NCBI GenBank assembly: GCA_044356215.1
Contig: JBIKWQ010000067.1
Coordinates: 1-18,641, forward strand
DNA from: Bdellovibrionota bacterium
GTDB lineage: Bacteria > Bdellovibrionota_C > UBA2361 > OMII01
Length of the DNA stretch: 18,641 nt
Direction: 5' to 3'
Positions 8,001-13,964 of this stretch are shown piece by piece. How positions within the stretch are numbered: the first letter of the stretch is position 1; each line of letters begins with the position of its first letter. The translations under genes were made by a program, and so were the position numbers. The notes under the pieces were generated by a model. The model was given only the letters and a program-made list of their open reading frames with translations. It was not told the origin of the DNA and did not search any database.

Positions 8001-10495
8001 TTTAATCTCTGCGCCTCACCACCCGATAGCTCACTTAGAGGGTGTCCTAAAGTTATATGCCCCAAACCCAGCCGCGAGAGAACCTGGCATACGGAGGCGA
8101 TCTGCTTTTCGTTGGCGAAGATCTCGGAGCACCTATCAACGGTAGTTGATAATATATCGTGCGCGTTAAGATCCTTGTAGCGAACCTCTAATACAGGGGC
8201 TTGAAAACGTGCCCCTAAGCAGCTCTCGCACTCGATAAATACATCGCTTAGAAACTGCATATCCTCGCGGATAAATCCAGCGCCCTCACAATTTGGGCAT
8301 CGTCCGGCGGCGACGTTAAATGAGAAAGACGAGCGGCTTAATCCGCGCGAGATCGCGTCCTCTGTATTCGCCAAGAGATCCCTGATGCGATCCCAGATCT
8401 TTGTGTAGGTGGCGATATTGGCTCTTGGTGTCTTTGATAGAGGTGATTGATCAACTAAGAGCACCTGCGAGACAGCTTCAAAACCACTTACCTTAGCGTC
8501 TAAAAGATTCTCTCCTGGAATTACCCCACGGTGGATCTCAAAAGCCGCTTGAATTACCTCGGTGATTAAAGAGCTCTTGCCACTTCCAGAGACTCCTGTC
8601 AGAGCGACAAAGGCATTTAAGGGGATATCGAGATCGAGCGATTTTAAATTACGGTTGCGCGCTTGGCGGATCGATAATTTATCTTTAAATGACGGAGGAG
8701 TTGATACTGGGGCCTTAGGTTTTACTCCAAGACCCTGCCACTCTGAACGGGGACCGAAGAAAGTCACATCACCGCCGCGCTCGCCAGCTAATGGGCCAAG
8801 CTCAAGTATGTAGTCGGCGTTACTTAGACACTCTGGGTCGTGTTCGACAACTGTCAGCGAGTTGCCCCTAGCGGTGAGATCCTTAAGGGCGCCTATTAAT
8901 GCTTGCGTGTCCCTAGCGTGTAAACCAACCGAGGGCTCGTCTAGCACAAAGTGTGTTGAGATTAAGTTGCTACCGAGTGCTGAAACGAGATTAACCCGCT
9001 GAGTCTCTCCTCCGGAGAGGGTCCTAGATTGTCTGTCGAGAGTCAGGTAGGGGAGTCCTAGCGTCACCAGATATTCAAGGCGATTTAAAACGCTCTTAAA
9101 CACATCGTCTAGCTGCCTTGGCAGTTCGCCAGATTCCTTTAGACTGTCACGCAGCTCTTTAAACCAAGGAAGGAGCTGCTCTAACTCAACTGTGGCCACA
9201 TCAGCTATCGATAGCCCGCGCACTCGATATGCCAACGCGTCTGATTTAAAGCGAGCTCCGCGGCACTCTGGGCAATCGACCTGAGATCTGTAGCGCGCTA
9301 AAAAGACGCGCACGTGCATCTTGTACTTCTTGCGCTCAAGCCATTTAAACCACGGGTTAATCCCAACAAACGCCCGTGATTTGTGGTTAAATATAGTTTC
9401 CTTGGCCTCGGCGGATAAGCTAGCCCACGGTTTGTTTTTAGGGATCCCTTGGAGGTCGCAGAATTTTAAGAGCTGCCTATGCTCGTCTGACGCGGCGTTA
9501 CCTTTCCAGCACTCAACCGCGTACTCCTCAATACTCTTGCTGTGATCGGGGACGCATCGGTTAGGATCGATTACAAGAACTTTACCGAAGCCGTTACATT
9601 CAGGGCACGCGCCGATCGGGTGGTTATAAGAGAATAGAGCCGGTCTTGGTCTCGCTACCGACACAGCGCCATCGCCGCACTGAAAATCTCGCGAGAAGCG
9701 ATAGCTTTCAAAAGTTCGATCTACCTGGCGTGTCTCGTTACTGACGGTGATGCGGGCGAGGGGACGATACGAGCGGTTACGTTGCTCAACTATTACCACA
9801 ACCCCATCGCCGACTGAGAAGCACTGCTCAATCGATTCACGAACCTGCTTGGGTGAGAAAGCGCGAGCACGAAATCGATCGATCAGTACCGTCACATTTT
9901 GGATTCGCTTAGGAGGGGGCGCGTCCTCAAAAAGCTCGACAGATCCAGTTTTTGGATCGATATAGCGTGAGTAGCCTAAGATCTTAAGCCTCTCGATCTG
10001 GTCCTTTGAGTTCTTGCTCTCAACACCAATTAGGTAGGTGGCGTCCTCTTTAAGGAGCGCCAGCTTCTCAAGGTGGCTAGTGAGTGATGAAGGATCCCAG
10101 CGAACGAGATCCATGCCGCAGTATGGGCAGACAGGTTTAGCGAGATTACTCCAGATGATCTTCAGGAGATCGTTGATATCGGTCATCGACCCAACGGTAG
10201 AGCGTGAGTTTAATATCCTGGTTCTCTGTTGGATCGCTATCGCTGGTCTAACGTTCTCTATTAGATCGACCTTGGGGCGCTTAACTTTATCGAAGAACTG
10301 TCTGGTGTATGGAGAGAAGGTCTCAATGTAGCGGCGCTGCCCCTCAGCGTAGATAGTGTCGAAGGCGAGAGATGACTTGCCGGATCCTGAGAGACCGGTG
10401 ATCCCGACGAAGGCGTCATGCGGAAGGGTAATATCGAAACCCTTTAAGTTGTTCTCTTGAGCGTTGATTATACGCAACGAGTTTTTGTTTGACAT
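5072..10495 (-). CDS. uvrA: Excinuclease ABC subunit A, double-length (tandem UvrA-UvrA, 1807 aa)
   Basis: Four Walker A motifs (GLSGSGKS, GVSGSGKS x2, GVSGAGKS), four LSGGE/LSNGE signatures with DEP Walker B, two YAEGQRRY motifs and multiple CxxC pairs. Confidence 0.96.
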   Translation of the reverse strand: MSNKNSLRIINAQENNLKGFDITLPHDAFVGITGLSGSGKSSLAFDTIYAEGQRRYIETFSPYTRQFFDKVKRPKVDLIENVRPAIAIQQRTRILNSRSTVGSMTDINDLLKIIWSNLAKPVCPYCGMDLVRWDPSSLTSHLEKLALLKEDATYLIGVESKNSKDQIERLKILGYSRYIDPKTGSVELFEDAPPPKRIQNVTVLIDRFRARAFSPKQVRESIEQCFSVGDGVVVIVEQRNRSYRPLARITVSNETRQVDRTFESYRFSRDFQCGDGAVSVARPRPALFSYNHPIGACPECNGFGKVLVIDPNRCVPDHSKSIEEYAVECWKGNAASDEHRQLLKFCDLQGIPKNKPWASLSAEAKETIFNHKSRAFVGINPWFKWLERKKYKMHVRVFLARYRSQVDCPECRGARFKSDALAYRVRGLSIADVATVELEQLLPWFKELRDSLKESGELPRQLDDVFKSVLNRLEYLVTLGLPYLTLDRQSRTLSGGETQRVNLVSALGSNLISTHFVLDEPSVGLHARDTQALIGALKDLTARGNSLTVVEHDPECLSNADYILELGPLAGERGGDVTFFGPRSEWQGLGVKPKAPVSTPPSFKDKLSIRQARNRNLKSLDLDIPLNAFVALTGVSGSGKSSLITEVIQAAFEIHRGVIPGENLLDAKVSGFEAVSQVLLVDQSPLSKTPRANIATYTKIWDRIRDLLANTEDAISRGLSRSSFSFNVAAGRCPNCEGAGFIREDMQFLSDVFIECESCLGARFQAPVLEVRYKDLNAHDILSTTVDRCSEIFANEKQIASVCQVLSRLGLGHITLGHPLSELSGGEAQRLKLVPHIVDGSKSVSLFLFDEPTTGLHMRDVERLIELFYFLRDQGHSILCVEHNLNLIAAADWVIDLGPQGGDKGGRLVEQGTPNDLVKRAISGTNPESLTAKFLALSVGALKEERSAKTKRAKRGNAKAEPAAELTHIQIRGAKEHNLKDISLDIPLGELITVTGVSGSGKSTIAKDIIYAEGQRRYLDCLSPYARQFIKELKKPAIDDIRGIQPTICVYQHTFQPSALSTVATMSEVYNFLRLLYAKVGVQYCPDHPDQSVSPLSAEQIATFIKENYKGSIRLLAPVIKQKKGNHRSVFQRALETEISETRVDGIFSAPGRFVDEGLAKTKAHTIEFVTARCNVKNLSVDLLVDGVKQALAIGGGTVIVHDGGTDRVFSSQRTCQICQRGFFKPDPEDLSFNSKRGRCPKCDGYGVLKNDKQCTECGGSRLHEIGRNIKLFDLSIDQMASSTPRNLLKQLEPLATNKSAVEIARPILRELEGKLKTLSALGLDHLELKRECASLSNGELQRLRLATAIGSPLTGVTYIFDEPSAGLHPADNRRLLGTLTGLRDRGNTVIQIEHEIDNILASDQVIDVGPGAGTHGGEIVFQGTVSQIKADSRSATGRALSEPLIFKEAVKTKSPLLSVKNATKNNLKNLSCEIPLKNLVTVVGVSGAGKSSLVNGIVVESLSGGIDDGAKVTSQTGQISSDIKVDRLLVVDQQPIGKTSRSTPASYLGIWDDVRAIFASTLEAKSRGWGPSFFSHNTGKGRCPACKGNGELTLEMSFLAEAKVPCETCSGTRFTFEADSIRYRDLSISQVLKLTFEEARVIFINHRSIHQICSIACDLGLGYLTLGQHSSTLSGGESQRLKLASELHMARRGHTLYVLDEPTTGLHRADVALLLKALHGLVAAGNSVIVIEHDADTITQSDWVIELGPGPGVAGGEIIYSGAPAKLIEKKTPWGAALRERVELHAGMRRVTNILTAPLAITPCEI

Positions 10496-10548
10496 CGTCT
10501 GGGGAGTTTAGCTTGGTATGGGTTGGGGGCGCAAATTATTGATGTCTC

Positions 10549-10854
10549 TCATGCCGCTTTCCTTGAGCAGGGGCGCACATCTTTTTCAATTTTCGGCAGA
10601 ATCGTTTTCTGAGCAATTTTCAAATCAAAACGACTTTGAAGGTTTAGCCAAAATTCCGGAGTAGTTTTGAAATAAATAGCGAGACGAAGCGCCGTGTCAG
10701 TAGTGATTGCCCGCTTGCCGTTAATGATGTCATTGACTCTTCCCACCGGGACATCTAGATCCCTAGCGAGCTTGTTTTGAGATATCTCTAGAGGCTTCAT
10801 GAATTCTTCAAAGAGAATTTCCCCAGGAGTAATAGCATCTAGCTTGCGTACCAT
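10549..10854 (-). CDS. higA: HigA-family antitoxin (HTH)
   Basis: PGEILFEEFMKPL..SQNKLA..GKRAITTDTALRL..TTPEFWLNLQ motif. Confidence 0.95.
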   Translation of the reverse strand: MVRKLDAITPGEILFEEFMKPLEISQNKLARDLDVPVGRVNDIINGKRAITTDTALRLAIYFKTTPEFWLNLQSRFDLKIAQKTILPKIEKDVRPCSRKAA

Positions 10855-10866
10855 TTTAAACCGTCT

Positions 10867-11145
10867 CTAATGATAATCTATTATCTCAACATCCCAGGCT
10901 GCATTATCAGCCCACCTAAAACATATTCTGAATTGGTTGTTAATTCTAATGCTGTACTGGCCTATCCGATTTCCTCTAAGAGATTCAAGACGATTGCCAG
11001 GAGGACTTCGAAGGTCTTCCAACCTTGTCGCTGCCTCAAGCATTTCTAGCTTTCGTCTCGCGATGCGCTCTATATTTCTGAATCGCTTGGAACTAAGGTC
11101 TTTCGCAAGCCTATCAGTTTCACGGCATTTAAAGCTCTTAATCAT
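10867..11145 (-). CDS. higB: HigB-family toxin
   Basis: MIKSFKCRET...DLRSPPGNRLESL.G...GQYSIRINNQFRICF..VEIIDYH. Start is probably ATG 11145; a TTGACA lies at 11175-11170. Confidence 0.93.
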   Translation of the reverse strand: MIKSFKCRETDRLAKDLSSKRFRNIERIARRKLEMLEAATRLEDLRSPPGNRLESLRGNRIGQYSIRINNQFRICFRWADNAAWDVEIIDYH

Positions 11146-11220
11146 TATAGTATCTCGCCAAAGGTATCCTGTCAAACAGTATAAAAAACACTGCGTCCTT
11201 GCAAGGGTTTAGTTTGGTCT

Positions 11221-11270
11221 TAACTACTCACCAGAAAACGACACCCCCGACTAGGGGGTGAAAGAAAAAG
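11221..11270. repeat. Short dispersed hairpin repeat, copy 2
   Basis: TAACTACTCACCAGAAAAC..CACCCCC-GACTA-GGGGGTG plus an A-rich tail; similar to 1300-1354. Confidence 0.65.
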
Positions 11271-11309
11271 AAGCGTCAAAACAGCCCATTTATAGCGGCA
11301 TAGGATAAT

Positions 11310-11400
11310 CTACATCGAGGTCACGGAGGGCCACGGAGCGGGTAATTTGTTGATTTAATTGGGACCAGGCTCCTCGATAGCGTTCCTAGTCTCGATGTAG
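11310..11400. repeat. Imperfect inverted repeat (REP-like)
   Basis: CTACATCGAG (11310-19) / CTCGATGTAG (11391-400). Internal CACGGAG units resemble the CACAGAG units at 13193-13221. Confidence 0.45.
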
Positions 11401-11413
11401 TAACAACAGACCC

Positions 11414-12064
11414 ATGCCTAATCCCGGTGATGTTATCCTCTGTTCAAGTGAGTTGGCGGTTAAAGCTGCCATTAGGGACCTCCCTAAGTCGAGCTCTGTC
11501 GCGTTTGTGCGAACCGCTTCGAAGGCATGCTCGGATATCGCTTGGCTAGAAGCCGAGCGCGCAATTTTAGTTGACGCCGGGTTTCATGTAACAGATGTGT
11601 TTGACCTGAATGCCTCAACGCGAGTTCTGTTCGAGCGGGCTGATGTGATCTTTCTAAGCGGGGGAAACACCTTCACGCTTCTCAGTGAGGTGAGACGTTC
11701 AAGCTTCGATGTGTTACTCGTACAGTTGCACAATGCCGGCAAAATTATAATTGGCGAGAGCGCGGAAGCGGTCGTTTTAGGGCCCACAATTGATCCAATT
11801 CGCTACATCGATGAGCCAGAAAGAGCTCCTGAACTCAGAGACTTTCGCGGACTAGGTCTCTTTGATTTCTTCCCGGCCGTTCACTTTGGCCGATCCGAAT
11901 TAAGGGACGAATACGCTTCAATTGTACTCTCCGCGTTCACTATGAATATCCCGGTGATAGCTCTGCGAGATGCTGACTCATTGTTGATTTCGGAAGGACG
12001 AATTATGCTGAGAGCTGATGAGTGGCCGCTCACTGAAACATTGGCCGCCAAGAGATTCAGTTAA
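11414..12064 (+). CDS. Peptidase S51 / dipeptidase E-like (class I glutamine amidotransferase-like fold)
   Basis: ADVIFLSGGNTFxLL, GESA nucleophile motif and GLGLxDF.PxVHF. Confidence 0.8.
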   Translation: MPNPGDVILCSSELAVKAAIRDLPKSSSVAFVRTASKACSDIAWLEAERAILVDAGFHVTDVFDLNASTRVLFERADVIFLSGGNTFTLLSEVRRSSFDVLLVQLHNAGKIIIGESAEAVVLGPTIDPIRYIDEPERAPELRDFRGLGLFDFFPAVHFGRSELRDEYASIVLSAFTMNIPVIALRDADSLLISEGRIMLRADEWPLTETLAAKRFS

Positions 12065-12103
12065 ATAAGCGGAGATCGTGACAGGCTAAAAATAAGCTTT
12101 CAG

Positions 12104-12502
12104 ATGAGTCTGCTTATGTTTAATAGTAAAGGCTTACAGATTACTGCCCGGATCGCCACCCTATCCGTATCAGCGGTGCTGAACGCGCCGGCCGCTGTAG
12201 CGCAAGAGGAGGCCAGCTCAAGTAATGTGCCTACGCAGCCCTTGTCAGAGGTAACGATGCCCCCTTTGAGGGATTCTTACCACAAAAGCGATTCCATCAT
12301 TATTCCTGCCACAAAGTACACGGATCCTGTTGTGATAACAGTGACAGAGGCTGACAGATTTGCGATGAAATTCATGGCTCCGTCTGTGATCTTGATGTCC
12401 ATAGCCGGACTTTTCGCGGCTATTAATACGTTTTTGCGGAAGGTCGGTCTAATGTCGCCCGGAGAGCGAGCAAATCCGAGCCACCGTAATGATGGCGAGT
12501 AA
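12104..12502 (+). CDS. Hypothetical exported/membrane-anchored protein
   Basis: Signal-peptide-like N terminus (..AAVA-QEE) and one C-terminal hydrophobic segment. Confidence 0.5.
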   Translation: MSLLMFNSKGLQITARIATLSVSAVLNAPAAVAQEEASSSNVPTQPLSEVTMPPLRDSYHKSDSIIIPATKYTDPVVITVTEADRFAMKFMAPSVILMSIAGLFAAINTFLRKVGLMSPGERANPSHRNDGE

Positions 12503-12547
12503 GAGCAGTAGCAGGCCTGAAAATAGCCCGCTTTGATAAGCAGGATG

Positions 12548-12913
12548 CTATGGTTTAGCTAGTGGCACCAACCGCGACTTAAGAATCTTGCGATCTCGTG
12601 TTAGCAACGGAATCTTATGTACAATACTTGTCGCGGCGATTAGCTCATCAGCGGGGTCGCTACTAAAATCAAGTTTGGTGCTCGTTGTTGAAATAGCTAG
12701 GGTAATCGGAAGGATTTGTATTTGCCCGATTAATCTGGAGAATTCAATCGATTCAAGATCCAGCGTGAGTCGATCCAAAGAGACAAGTTTCGCTAATTTC
12801 CATAGAACAATAGGAGATATTGCCCATTCATGCTGACGGAGCAATTTGCGCTCACTCTTACTCAGGTCATCGCAGAGCGAATGAATCAGAATGTGAGTGT
12901 CAAGATTGAGCAT
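12548..12913 (-). CDS. vapC: PIN-domain (VapC-like) toxin
   Basis: LDTH, ISPIVLW, DPADxLIAAT and LLTRD motifs; overlaps the upstream antitoxin. Confidence 0.9.
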   Translation of the reverse strand: MLNLDTHILIHSLCDDLSKSERKLLRQHEWAISPIVLWKLAKLVSLDRLTLDLESIEFSRLIGQIQILPITLAISTTSTKLDFSSDPADELIAATSIVHKIPLLTRDRKILKSRLVPLAKP

Positions 12914-13118
12914 TCCAACGAACTCCCGTTGAAAAAATATCTCCTTTAATTTTAATCTTACCCTTCATCGATCCTATTAAATTAGCTGACTGTTCTTGAA
13001 TGGGAATTAATTTAGCAACGGGCCTGCCATGTTTGGTAATCACTATTCCTTCAGGCTCTAGCGAGTCTAGGATGGAGAGCGACTGCTCTTTGAATTTACT
13101 CGCATTTATCTTCTTCAT
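12900..13118 (-). CDS. Phd/YefM-family antitoxin
   Basis: INASKFKxxxLxILD...IVITKHGRPVAKLIP motif. Start at 13118 (or 13124). Confidence 0.9.
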   Translation of the reverse strand: MKKINASKFKEQSLSILDSLEPEGIVITKHGRPVAKLIPIQEQSANLIGSMKGKIKIKGDIFSTGVRWNAQS

Positions 13119-13124
13119 GTCCAT

Positions 13125-13156
13125 ATTATATAACTGGTCAATATTTTTGTCCAGTT
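13125..13156 (-). promoter_or_regulatory. Promoter and operator of the phd/vapC operon
   Basis: TGGACA (13153-13148)-17 nt-TATAAT (13130-13125), then 6 nt to ATG 13118. Inverted repeat AACTGGTCAA-TATTT-TTGTCCAGTT (13132-13156). Confidence 0.75.
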
Positions 13157-13170
13157 GTGTAATATCAAGC

Positions 13171-13333
13171 TAGGGCGTCGCAGTTCTTTATCACCACAGA
13201 GGACGCAGAGGACACAGAGAACGGCCATTTTATGGGCAATTATGGGGTTTTCTCTATGTCCTCTGCGTCCTCTGTGGTAAAAAATATTTTACTAATTGTC
13301 TCAGCAGCTTACCAAAAACACTGCGACGCCCTA
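13171..13333. mobile_element. 163-bp MITE-like element with 14-bp TIRs and 9-bp target-site duplication
   Basis: TAGGGCGTCGCAGT (13171-84) / ACTGCGACGCCCTA (13320-33), flanked by ATATCAAGC at 13162-70 and 13334-42. Contains an internal 29-bp inverted repeat. Confidence 0.88.
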
Positions 13334-13360
13334 ATATCAAGCGCTTATTAGGATAATGCT

Positions 13361-13744
13361 ATGCCCCTAACCAGCCCCGTTGAGTTCGCCGAAGTCCCAC
13401 CTTTTCCGCTCGACTCCGCTACTATTGAGGTCCTTCAGACTGGCAATGAACGTCAGCAAGCCGCTTATAAGTGTATAGTCTCGAGAAAATTTTTCCAGAT
13501 CTTAAGTGAGATGCATGGCGTTTTGGCCTCTACGATTACTCTCGGCATCGATACACCAATGAGTGATCTTGATTTCCTATGTGAGACCTCAGGCCTCGAT
13601 CGTTTCTCTGTTTTGGTTAAAGAGAACTTCAGGACCTTTGATCGCTTTAATACAGTCCTGACACCGACCCCTGAGATCTCTCGGTGTTACTCGTTTTGGT
13701 GCGATGGATTTGAAATTGAGATATTCGGTTCCCTCGAACCCTTG
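13361..13744 (+). pseudogene. DUF4269-like (nucleotidyltransferase-like) gene, 3'-truncated by a palindromic element
   Basis: GNERQQAAY, TITLGIDTPxSDLDFLC and FEIEIFG motifs. The frame then reads into the palindrome and stops at 13942. Confidence 0.7.
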
Positions 13745-13927
13745 GGAAGGCCGGCAAAACCCCGCCCTACTGCGAAAGCGGATCTTGAGCTGCTCTTCGA
13801 GTTTTCGAGATGGGAAAAAATCCTCAATGTATCACAGGGGATACACTTGCGGTTTTTTCCCATCTCGAAAATCGAATATCAACTCAACCTCCACTTTCTC
13901 GCTACGGGTAGGTTTTGCCGGCCTTCC
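13745..13927. mobile_element. 183-bp long palindromic non-autonomous element (MITE/REP-like)
   Basis: 17-bp perfect TIR GGAAGGCCGGCAAAACC / GGTTTTGCCGGCCTTCC. Inner perfect 19-bp IR at 13802-13820 / 13853-13871. Apical TGTATC/GATACA stem. Confidence 0.85.
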
Positions 13928-13964
13928 TTAGGTTTACCTTAAGGTCAAAAACTCAGGCCGATTA

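Noticed and set aside
5865..10331. Several short + strand ORFs inside uvrA
   Set aside because: Antisense shadows of a strongly conserved gene, with no recognisable motifs.
13193..13278. Repeated CAGAGGAC units as a CRISPR array
   Set aside because: The units are 9 bp, tandem and inverted, with no unique spacers and no cas genes.
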